IMG/VR virus record: IMGVR_UViG_3300048854_000232
Coordinates: 32,618 to 96,617 of that record
Strand: one strand, 5' to 3'
DNA from: a virus
Length of the DNA stretch: 64,000 bases
Every line of letters starts with the position of its first letter. Within the stretch, counting starts at the first letter, position 1. The notes under the pieces were generated by a model. It had not been told where the DNA came from and made no database searches. It saw nothing but the letters and a program-made list of their open reading frames with translations. The position numbers and the translations under genes were made by a program. This document shows, piece by piece, positions 9,947-17,919 of this stretch.

Positions 9947-10393
9947 TTACGCAGACGGTCCTTCCATCTTGGCCATGAACTCGTCAAAGCCGATCTCTGC
10001 GATACCCACGTCCGTCTCACCCGGGGCCAGCGTGAGCTCGCCGTAGTTGTGATTGTCCAGGGTGGGGATGGTGCCCACGCGGTCCGAGCCCGGCAGTGCC
10101 TGGAAAGGCGAGTTGCCACCGAGCTGTTTGCCCAGCGAGGCGATGATGAGGGCAGCGGCACGGTCAGCCTGACCCGAACGCTCCTTGGCACCGATCTTCT
10201 TGTTGCCCAGGGCACTGCGGTCCATGTCACCCATGGCCATCAGGAGCAAGGCGCGGTCTTTGTTGTCGGTGGGGATGCCCCCTTGGGTCATCTGATCGAC
10301 CATCTCTTTGCGTTTGGCCTGGGTAAACGCAAGGACGCTGTCATCGCTAAGGAGTGCATCCGAAGCGAGGGTTTGCGGTACATTTTCGCTCAC
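9947..10393 (-). CDS. Hypothetical protein
   Basis: 148 aa, GTG start with GGAGG RBS. Confidence 0.8.
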   Translation of the reverse strand: MSENVPQTLASDALLSDDSVLAFTQAKRKEMVDQMTQGGIPTDNKDRALLLMAMGDMDRSALGNKKIGAKERSGQADRAAALIIASLGKQLGGNSPFQALPGSDRVGTIPTLDNHNYGELTLAPGETDVGIAEIGFDEFMAKMEGPSA

Positions 10394-10483
10394 GACGAGC
10401 CTCCAACGAAAAAAAAGTCATTCACATATCATAGCAAGGTAGACTCAACCGGGTCTTCTTACATTGTTAAGGAGTAAGCCCTC

Positions 10484-11008
10484 GTGTTCGTTAAACGTTG
10501 GCTGCATCAGCGTCAATTTGCAGCAGACTCCCGTCGGCTGCAGACCCAAGGACGGTGGGGTGACAATGAAGACACCCTGGAGTTCTTCACAGACCACTTG
10601 GCCCGTGTGAGCTTCCCCAAAATTCCACTGGAGGTGATGGAAACCCTCGCAGTGACCACCTTTGAGCCGAATGTGGATCGGCTCATCCACAAGCTGGAAC
10701 AAGCCACGCATTACATCGACACGCGTGCCACCTTTCCAGTGGACAAGTCTGAGATCCAACTGCGGATCTACAGCCTGGAGCAGTTTCTCTCCACCGTGCA
10801 TCAACGTCCTTTAAGTCCCAGTGAAGTGACGAGCAAACTCTTGGTCGATGTTCGGGAGTTCATCCACGCACTGCGACTTCTCCATTCACAAGAAGACCCC
10901 ACCGAAGGGTATTACCGCCGCCGTACGCAAATGTACGTGGCCGATTTAAGGCAGGTGCTTGCACAGCTGTGTCAACTGGCTGGCCTGCGCCTATCCTCGC
11001 CGACGTAA
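10484..11008 (+). CDS. Hypothetical protein
   Basis: 174 aa, TAAGGAG RBS before GTG. Confidence 0.75.
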   Translation: MFVKRWLHQRQFAADSRRLQTQGRWGDNEDTLEFFTDHLARVSFPKIPLEVMETLAVTTFEPNVDRLIHKLEQATHYIDTRATFPVDKSEIQLRIYSLEQFLSTVHQRPLSPSEVTSKLLVDVREFIHALRLLHSQEDPTEGYYRRRTQMYVADLRQVLAQLCQLAGLRLSSPT

Positions 11009-11100
11009 GGGCTCTAATAAAAGCACATGCCCTACGTATCCCAACACACGCAACATAGGAGGTGCGACTTCTCACCCGCCCGGTGCGAATAGCAACAATC

Positions 11101-11595
11101 ATGCCCTCAGACGACATCACGAAAATGTTGGAGAGTCAGGACAAAGAAGTGGGCAATGCCCGCGGCATCCTGGCTCGGCTGTTTCGAAAGATCCTTGCAG
11201 ATCTCTCAGTGACTTACTATCACTGGGACATGCTCATGGAAAAGTACTTGGATAACCCGCGCAATCGGGTACCCAGTAATACCAAGGAGCGAAGTAGTGC
11301 TCGCGGTAATCTGAACAAAGAGCTTCGCCGCGAATCGATGACCTGGAAAGTCTTCGATAAGGCGTTGCGCTTTCTGGGGCCAGTGCGTGCCGAGTTCTCG
11401 GTGAAGCTGACCTGGCAGAACAAACGCACGAGCGTACACAGTGTCGAGGTGCTGTTGGGGGAGGAGTCCGATCAGGACGAGGCCGATACGCCGCAATACG
11501 ACACCTTGGTGCAACCCACTCCGCAGGAGACGGCCAGTAGTATCAACCAACTGGCCGCGGAGATCCGGGCAGACCACCTGTCCACCAAGGACTAA
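11101..11595 (+). CDS. Hypothetical basic helical protein with acidic tail
   Basis: ATG at 11101 in the frame of ORF 11062-11595; exact start uncertain. Confidence 0.75.
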   Translation: MPSDDITKMLESQDKEVGNARGILARLFRKILADLSVTYYHWDMLMEKYLDNPRNRVPSNTKERSSARGNLNKELRRESMTWKVFDKALRFLGPVRAEFSVKLTWQNKRTSVHSVEVLLGEESDQDEADTPQYDTLVQPTPQETASSINQLAAEIRADHLSTKD

Positions 11596-11668
11596 CGTTA
11601 TATCTCAAGGAGAGCGGTTCCGGCTAGGACCGCTCTCTTTCCTTTTCTGTTTCTCGGGGAAACTACTT

Positions 11669-12250
11669 ATGGCCATGGTCGACGAACCCAATCCGATTGA
11701 GGATGGGCTCACCCATATTCGCATTTCCATTCGCGCCAAGACCAAGCTCGGGCGCTTACTCCATAACCGCGCTCACACGCCGTATAAGGCGATCACCGCC
11801 TACGGTCAGCGGCAGGCCTTTGAAAGCCTGGAAGGCAACTGGCTGTGCTCGCGCAGCGGGGTCTACGCCGAGAAACTGGCCAAGCTCTACGGCCCGGCCT
11901 CCGAACGTGCAGGGATTTGGACCGAGCGTCGTGCGCGTCCAGGGGAAGTCTTCCGGCACGAGATCTGCATTGGCCTGCGCAGCAAGATCGAACAGACTCC
12001 GGTGCTCTTCAATCTCCTGCGCGACTCGGAACTGCCGTTCGTTCGCTATGACCTGACCGACGGGGACTACCCCACGATCATCGTCCATACCGAGCAGAGC
12101 TGGTTCATGCGCGAGCTGGAGATCATCCGGACCGACATCAAGAAACGACCGGCCCTGGCAGAACCCGAACCGCGGGTCCTCAAAGCCGATCAGCCCGTGC
12201 GTGCATCCGATCGCCTCGGGGTTCACGCCGCCACCCTTTACAACGATTAA
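11669..12250 (+). CDS. NADAR-like protein, diverged paralog of 13043-13891
   Basis: ATG at 11669; aligns by eye along its length with the N-terminal domain of 13043-13891. Confidence 0.7.
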   Translation: MAMVDEPNPIEDGLTHIRISIRAKTKLGRLLHNRAHTPYKAITAYGQRQAFESLEGNWLCSRSGVYAEKLAKLYGPASERAGIWTERRARPGEVFRHEICIGLRSKIEQTPVLFNLLRDSELPFVRYDLTDGDYPTIIVHTEQSWFMRELEIIRTDIKKRPALAEPEPRVLKADQPVRASDRLGVHAATLYND

Positions 12251-12266
12251 GACGAGGGCTCTCCAG

Positions 12267-13031
12267 ATGCCTTTCCACGGTTCCGTGAAACACCCTGACG
12301 GGCGCATGATTCCGCTGCCCAACGACAAGAGTCTGCTGCCACCTCATCCGGATCTCGCTGCCTGCTATGCCGGCATGCCTACCACGGACGAGGCCATGAC
12401 CTCACAAGCGTTCAAAGATATTCTCGATCACTTGGGGAAGTCCGCTAGTCTCACTGTGGGGGACGACAAGCTCGTCCTGACCGCATCGAAGTCGAGACAG
12501 CCGCCGATCGTGGTGGATTCCTGTCCACCAGAGCTCTTTAACGAGGACGGATCGCCGCGTGTCGTCGATTACATGAACATGCTGAAGGGTCCGGCACCCG
12601 TCATATCTGGCCAGCCGTCGCCTACCATGCTAGCTCTTGATGTCCAGCTCAATGACATCATTCGGGAGGGCGTCGACAACGGCCTGCAGATGTTGAAGTG
12701 GGATGAGAAGGAATTCCAGCTGACTGATCCCGTGAACCTCAACGAGGCCCAGCAGAAGATCTTCGACCGGTTCTCCCACAATGTCGGGCGTCCGCACATC
12801 GACATGGAAGCCCCACTGGATCCGGAGTGGCGGGAAAAGTACCGGCTCATGATGCGTCCGGGGAAGACCGAGGCGGGCTTCAAGATCACCGATCAATTCG
12901 GTGGCGGGGTGATTCCGCGGGTATGGCCGGATGAAAGTTACGACGTGCCCTCTCCCAAGGGCATGCCCAAGGTCGCCATCTACAAGAAGCGCCGCCCGAA
13001 CAAGCGGCGTAACCAGAACAAGCACCGTTAA
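12267..13031 (+). CDS. Hypothetical Pro-rich protein with basic C-terminus (KKRRPNKRRNQNKHR)
   Basis: ATG at 12267 with GAGG RBS. Confidence 0.75.
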   Translation: MPFHGSVKHPDGRMIPLPNDKSLLPPHPDLAACYAGMPTTDEAMTSQAFKDILDHLGKSASLTVGDDKLVLTASKSRQPPIVVDSCPPELFNEDGSPRVVDYMNMLKGPAPVISGQPSPTMLALDVQLNDIIREGVDNGLQMLKWDEKEFQLTDPVNLNEAQQKIFDRFSHNVGRPHIDMEAPLDPEWREKYRLMMRPGKTEAGFKITDQFGGGVIPRVWPDESYDVPSPKGMPKVAIYKKRRPNKRRNQNKHR

Positions 13032-13042
13032 CGGAGAGCCAC

Positions 13043-13891
13043 GTGACCGAGAAGAAACCCCCGGGTCAAGAGTTCGACCCTGCGGAAGACGGGGTCACCC
13101 ACATCAACTGTTACTCTGCCGGCAAGACGGAACTGGGCAAGCTGTTATCGAACTTCGCCCATGTACCGTTCACCCACCCTGAGCATGGTCATTTCGCGTC
13201 CATGGAGGGGTATTGGTATTGGTGCGGATCTGGTCGTAGTCACGATCACCTGCGTCGGTTGTACGGGATGTCGGCCAAGTCTGCCGGTGTCAAGTGTGAT
13301 CCGGTGCCGATTCCGGAAGAAGAGTTCCACGACATGATCCGCGAGGGCATGCGTTGTAAGATCGCTCAGAACCCACGATTGATGAATCTCTTCCGGCTGT
13401 CCAAGCTGCCCTTTGTTCACTACTTCGTCTATGGCGGAAAGGTGGTGCACAAAGACAAACACGATTGGCAGATGGAATGGCTCGAGCAGATCCGTCGAGA
13501 GTATCAACCGGACTACGTGGCTGAGCAGTTGGCCATGAACACTCAGTCGTTGGCGGAACGTAAAGAAGAAGCCAGGATTCTGGCCTCCTCGTTGCCGACG
13601 GATGAGCCGCGCCCTGGCGATGCCGGTGAACCGGTGCTGTGGATACGGTATCGCTTCCAGGCTAACTGGGATGATCCGCATCCCGACCGCGTACCGTCGC
13701 CTGGTCCCTGGTGGATCGTGCGCCAGGATCCGGACGAAGACTTCTCAGTAATCGATGCGTTCTTACCGCAAGGCGAGGACCTGCTTTCGTATTGGCCGGA
13801 AGCAGAAGAGATCGAGATCCAGGAGACGGTGGCCGAGTTACTGTACAGCGACGAACGTCCCCAGCCTTCCTGGTTCAAACCCAACGTTTAA
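13043..13891 (+). CDS. NADAR-like domain fused to a small Trp/Pro-rich C-terminal domain
   Basis: LSNFAH...FASMEGYWY and KIAQNPRL...LEQIR resemble NADAR (YbiA) motifs; GGAG RBS before GTG. Confidence 0.65.
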   Translation: MTEKKPPGQEFDPAEDGVTHINCYSAGKTELGKLLSNFAHVPFTHPEHGHFASMEGYWYWCGSGRSHDHLRRLYGMSAKSAGVKCDPVPIPEEEFHDMIREGMRCKIAQNPRLMNLFRLSKLPFVHYFVYGGKVVHKDKHDWQMEWLEQIRREYQPDYVAEQLAMNTQSLAERKEEARILASSLPTDEPRPGDAGEPVLWIRYRFQANWDDPHPDRVPSPGPWWIVRQDPDEDFSVIDAFLPQGEDLLSYWPEAEEIEIQETVAELLYSDERPQPSWFKPNV

Positions 13892-13918
13892 CGAACACAG
13901 CCTTTGGATGGGTGAACT

Positions 13919-14653
13919 ATGACTACGCTGCGACCCTCAAGATTAACGGTGCGGATCATCAAGCGCACTCTAGGTGATCACTTTCTGGATTTCATGAACG
14001 CTAACAATCCGAAGGGCTTTTTGTCGGAGGAAGATCGTGAAATCGATGAGACAACCATTTCTGGGATTCTCATTATTACCGCTGTAGATCCAGAAGCGTC
14101 GTTGGAGACCTTGAAGGATCGAGCCCGGAAGATTTACGAGCTGTCCAAGAAAGAGGGAAAGCGACGCATCCCCATAACCCACAGCTACAACCACGTGGCC
14201 GAGGCATTTGGGTACCGGGGATGGGATCTGCTTAAGCTCGCAGCGTCGGAGGGTGCAGCGCCCAATCTTCGTCACAACAAACGATCGTTGGCGGAAGACA
14301 TCCATAGCGCCGAAGCCCGCATTTACTCATTGATCGGCATACCGGAAGGCGGTGAGTTGCCGGAAGGGTTCAGGGTACGCGGGTTCAGTGAAGACCAGGA
14401 CGCGGTGTACAAAGACTTTCGCCAAGTGGTCGATCAACTCGTGGCCGAGGGTTCCCCCATCGGGCAAGCGGAAGAAGCTTGGATCCTACACCAGCACAGC
14501 CACAGCCCTGCTCGGCGGGTGAGGTGGGTCAGTTATAAGGGCGTAGGTGTTTACGCCTCGATCAATCTCCTGGAAAGTTTGCGACTGCGCACGAAAAAGC
14601 TCAGGTGGCGCCTGAAAGCAAGATCGCACCTAAAGCCTACCCACCACGAGTAG
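13919..14653 (+). CDS. Hypothetical protein, atypical lower-GC codon usage
   Basis: 244 aa ORF; many A/T-ending codons compared with core genes. Confidence 0.7.
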   Translation: MTTLRPSRLTVRIIKRTLGDHFLDFMNANNPKGFLSEEDREIDETTISGILIITAVDPEASLETLKDRARKIYELSKKEGKRRIPITHSYNHVAEAFGYRGWDLLKLAASEGAAPNLRHNKRSLAEDIHSAEARIYSLIGIPEGGELPEGFRVRGFSEDQDAVYKDFRQVVDQLVAEGSPIGQAEEAWILHQHSHSPARRVRWVSYKGVGVYASINLLESLRLRTKKLRWRLKARSHLKPTHHE

Positions 14654-14742
14654 GTATAAGCGTAACCATTGTGTGACGTATCCCTCCGCCCTTGGCGGAC
14701 ACGTTAAGCCTTTACCTATGTCCGCCATTCGAGAAGAAGAAA

Positions 14743-15036
14743 ATGAACGCTGAAGCGAAAGAACCCAACGACCCGGTGGCCGAGGAACTGACCTTGGAAC
14801 CGCGTGAACCGGGCAAGACCACCGAAGAGGCCTTCGAGAAGAGTCTCGAGGCCTCGGCCGATACCGAGATCGTCAAGATGGCCTCCAGCCCGGGTAAGAC
14901 CGTGTTGTCGGATCAGCAGCTGCTGGGGATCCTGAAGATGGGTCCGTCCAATCCGGCCACCCGCAAGATCATCCGCGATATCAAGAAATCCATCAAGGAA
15001 ACACGTAAGGCTTCGCGGCCTTCCTGGAGGCGTTAA
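14743..15036 (+). CDS. Small protein ending in RKASRPSWRR
   Basis: ATG at 14743 in frame of ORF 14692-15036; TAATG overlap with the next gene. Confidence 0.75.
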   Translation: MNAEAKEPNDPVAEELTLEPREPGKTTEEAFEKSLEASADTEIVKMASSPGKTVLSDQQLLGILKMGPSNPATRKIIRDIKKSIKETRKASRPSWRR

Positions 15037-15989
15037 TGCATCCACTTCTCACGATCGAGGATAGGCTCCTGTGGGTCACGCTCACAGGACGGGAGTTGCT
15101 GGAAAACTACGGGGCGCATCTGGCCACCTACCGCACCGCGCGGTGTATGTTCGAGGTGGTGCTGGAAGCCTCCTACATGACCCGGCAGTTGGAGCTGGTT
15201 CGCGAGGGCACGATCGAGCAGGCTGAGCTTCAGATCCAAAGAAAAGAAGCGCAAGCGGAGTTCGAGGCGGCGTTGGACAACTATCGCCTTCGTCGCCGTT
15301 ACTACGTCATGTCGGCGATTCGTGAACGTAGGCAGGAATTTCGCAACCAGTGGTACCGGGATTTCTTTCCCCGGTCGCATGTGATTCGGGAAATGAAAGA
15401 ACTCCGCGATCACGCTCGGCGCATGTTCACGGGGCTGGAATCCAAACCCAAACGACGGGTCGTGCGGCCTCGTCCCCGGCAGGTGGGTGCGGCCCAAGCG
15501 CTCGCCCTGCAACGCCTGAAAGAGTATCGTTGGAGTAACGGTGAGGATAGCCTCTCAGGCTTTCCGCCCTATAACGGCGGGGTCCATCAGTCCACGCTTC
15601 CGCCGGCGCTTTCGGACGAGCTCGAGGAGCTGTTCCTCACGGCGGCCAAGGAACCGGATCGGACACTCAGCATGCATGTGAGTGTCTGGGAAGGCGTCAG
15701 TGAGATCCTCCCGCTGGCCATGCGCTACCACGCGTGGATCAACGATACCCTACCTCTGATCCCCCCGACTATCCTGTTGGTGGTGCAAGACCCGGCCTAC
15801 ACCGAGGTCCATGATCTGGATCGCCGGATCATCGAGCGCTTCTTCGCCGAGGAGCCTAAGGACACCCGGCGGGAGATCGGTTTCATCGCGCAAGAGGTAA
15901 GGAGCGTCGCCCCGGAGTTTGTGGACCATTGTCATTACGGCTACCCCCATCTCGGCATCAGGCGTGGCAACTCGCACAAAGCCGGTTAA
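15036..15989 (+). CDS. Hypothetical protein with C-terminal IGFIAQEV..PEFV motif (peptidase S74-like fragment)
   Basis: 317 aa, coupled to the upstream stop (TAATG), GGAGG RBS. Confidence 0.7.
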   Translation: MHPLLTIEDRLLWVTLTGRELLENYGAHLATYRTARCMFEVVLEASYMTRQLELVREGTIEQAELQIQRKEAQAEFEAALDNYRLRRRYYVMSAIRERRQEFRNQWYRDFFPRSHVIREMKELRDHARRMFTGLESKPKRRVVRPRPRQVGAAQALALQRLKEYRWSNGEDSLSGFPPYNGGVHQSTLPPALSDELEELFLTAAKEPDRTLSMHVSVWEGVSEILPLAMRYHAWINDTLPLIPPTILLVVQDPAYTEVHDLDRRIIERFFAEEPKDTRREIGFIAQEVRSVAPEFVDHCHYGYPHLGIRRGNSHKAG

Positions 15990-16004
15990 CCCAAGGAGAC
16001 ATTG

Positions 16005-16181
16005 ATGTCGCGCGTTGTTCGTTCACTTATTGGCCTGGCCCTGTCGACAGGTCTGACAGGTTTTCTGGCAGATCTGGGACGGAAGCACACTTACCCCGGT
16101 CAGCCCGAGGAACCTCGGTCTCAACCCAACCTTCGCGCTAAGCGCAAACGCAAAGCCGAACGTCCGGCGTGGAGAAAGTGA
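16005..16181 (+). CDS. 58-aa protein ending in RKAERPAWRK (not in the ORF track)
   Basis: AAGGAG at 15993-15998, ATG at 16005, TGA at 16179-16181 overlapping the next ATG; hydrophobic N-terminus MSRVVRSLIGLALSTGLTGFLA. Confidence 0.75.
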   Translation: MSRVVRSLIGLALSTGLTGFLADLGRKHTYPGQPEEPRSQPNLRAKRKRKAERPAWRK

Positions 16182-16513
16182 TGACGCTGGACGAATACGA
16201 GCGATTGCTGGAGCAGTTGGCCAAAGCGCTCGACGACCATCCGGGCAAGAGTCTGTGCATGCGGACCGATGCCTTTGCTCCGGGTGACCTGGCTGCCGCG
16301 AAAGCGATGACCAAGTCACGGGTGGGCGATCGCATCCAGTTCAACGACGAGGTCCTGATCACCGGCTTCGGCACCCGCGGTCTGGATCTGGAGAAGGTCG
16401 TCAAGGAGCTCAACGAGAAGCACATGAAGATGCCGCAGTTCTCGGCTGGGCCGGGAGATAACCGCGGTGACAAGCGTGAGCGGAAAGCTGCACGCCCTGC
16501 CTGGAGACAGTGA
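16181..16513 (+). CDS. Small protein ending in RKAARPAWRQ
   Basis: TGATG coupling at both ends; strong codon bias. Confidence 0.8.
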   Translation: MTLDEYERLLEQLAKALDDHPGKSLCMRTDAFAPGDLAAAKAMTKSRVGDRIQFNDEVLITGFGTRGLDLEKVVKELNEKHMKMPQFSAGPGDNRGDKRERKAARPAWRQ

Positions 16514-16722
16514 TGGGTGTCAAAGTCGAAATCAAAGATCCCTGGCACGTCACCCCGGAACAACGCGAGCTCATGCGGCAGCGCATGCTGAGTCGTGGAA
16601 TGCCGATGCGCCATGTCATGCGGTTGACGGACTATCAACTGTATAACCGGGCCGGTGGTCGCCACTACCCGTCCGAGCGGGACCAGCGCAAAGCCGCTCG
16701 CCCTGCCTGGCGGCGGATCTAA
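16513..16722 (+). CDS. Small basic protein ending in RKAARPAWRRI
   Basis: ATG overlaps the upstream TGA; GGAG RBS inside the upstream W-R codons. Confidence 0.75.
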   Translation: MGVKVEIKDPWHVTPEQRELMRQRMLSRGMPMRHVMRLTDYQLYNRAGGRHYPSERDQRKAARPAWRRI

Positions 16723-16731
16723 AGGAATCGC

Positions 16732-16992
16732 ATGAAGCAGAAAGTGATTTATCCGGTGGGTGCATCGCGTCCTGCAGAACTCCCGCCCGAGCCCACCTTC
16801 GGCATTGGTGTGCGACCTCCCTACGTCTGTGAGATACCCTATCCCCAACAACTGCCGCTGGATCTGTCTGAGCAAGACACTCGCGGCTTCGTAAACGCGG
16901 TCCGTGAGTTGGCGTTCCAGATGTATATGAACGAGTATGGAGATAGGCATGAAGTGTCCCATCGACGCCGAGGAAGCAGCTTTCCTCCGTGA
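16732..16992 (+). CDS. Hypothetical protein
   Basis: AAGGA RBS, 86 aa. Confidence 0.6.
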   Translation: MKQKVIYPVGASRPAELPPEPTFGIGVRPPYVCEIPYPQQLPLDLSEQDTRGFVNAVRELAFQMYMNEYGDRHEVSHRRRGSSFPP

Positions 16993-17079
16993 CGGTGTCC
17001 GGACGGTATTCGCATGGCAGCATGAATTCACACGCAGCCCCATCGCATCTCGCGGTGGGGGCGATTGTGGATACATGGT

Positions 17080-17316
17080 ATGCGTTACTCCCGGAGTCAC
17101 CGTCGACACCATCACGAACGCCTGAGGGCCAAGCGCCTGAAGGAGAGTTTTCGCTGGAGCATGAGTCCGACCATGGCATTGAAAAATGCCCAGTGGCGGG
17201 TTCACACAGCGTGTCTGTGCAGCTGTTCGATGTGCGGGAACCCCCGCCGTCATTACGGTAATGCCAAACAGGCCAAATCCTTTCAGGAATTGAAAACCCC
17301 GATCGAGTTTGAATAA
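17080..17316 (+). CDS. Small His/Arg-rich, Cys-cluster (putative Zn-binding) protein
   Basis: HRRHHHERLRAKR and HTACLCSCSMCGNPRRHYG; followed by a terminator. Confidence 0.7.
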   Translation: MRYSRSHRRHHHERLRAKRLKESFRWSMSPTMALKNAQWRVHTACLCSCSMCGNPRRHYGNAKQAKSFQELKTPIEFE

Positions 17317-17320
17317 CGTA

Positions 17321-17348
17321 AGAGTCCCCTCCCACAAGGAGGGGCTCT
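17321..17348 (+). terminator. Intrinsic terminator
   Basis: AGAGtCCCCTCC-cacaa-GGAGGGGCTCT followed by T run. Confidence 0.7.
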
Positions 17349-17376
17349 TTTGCCCCCTTAGCCAAGGAAACTCTAC

Positions 17377-17826
17377 ATGACCGATAGTAAGTACCCCGCT
17401 CGTTCCCTGGAAACGCTCCTCGACTACGACACGCCTTTCCGGGCAACTATGCGAATCTTCGAAGGGACTCGAGGCGATCAGGTCATCCTGGTCGTAGGGC
17501 GCTACACATTCCTCGAACACATCGAGTACCTCATGGGGTCCTCCAACGACATCGAGTGGGCCGAGGCTCGCTTTAACCTCCTCCCCGCGCCGTGGTTCCC
17601 GGCCGTGATCGAGAGCACGGTGGCCGAAGCGGTGGAAGCCTTGACGCTGAAGTTGTCCAAACTCACCGACGTCGAGTTCAACTCGTTGCCGTCGTTGTTC
17701 AGTATCTGCAAGCGCCTGGCCGAAGAGGACAAGGTGCCCAGCTACGACGAGGTGGGCGAGGATGAAGCACCGACGATGGCTGACTGGCTGAAGCAATACG
17801 CCGAATACGCCAACTACGACCTCTGA
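17377..17826 (+). CDS. Hypothetical acidic protein
   Basis: 149 aa, AAGGAAA RBS. Confidence 0.8.
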   Translation: MTDSKYPARSLETLLDYDTPFRATMRIFEGTRGDQVILVVGRYTFLEHIEYLMGSSNDIEWAEARFNLLPAPWFPAVIESTVAEAVEALTLKLSKLTDVEFNSLPSLFSICKRLAEEDKVPSYDEVGEDEAPTMADWLKQYAEYANYDL

Positions 17827-17831
17827 GTGTG

Positions 17832-17849
17832 GGGAGCCTTCGGGCTCCC
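17832..17849 (+). terminator. Intrinsic terminator with UUCG loop and long U-tract
   Basis: GGGAGCC-TTCG-GGCTCCC then actc and a run of 9 T. Confidence 0.85.
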
Positions 17850-17919
17850 TACTCTTTTTTTTTGGCTGGTCTGGACCCAACCGTATGAGGCAATCAACTT
17901 TTCTTAGAGGTCCTGGCTT

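Noticed and set aside
16949-17125. Alternative small ORF MKCPIDAEE... with a GGAG RBS
   Set aside because: It overlaps two better-supported ORFs and cannot be resolved without expression data.
16138-17880. 580-aa minus-strand ORF spanning several small genes
   Set aside because: Four of the overlapped + strand genes share one reading register, which produces a stop-free antisense frame. The product is not protein-like.
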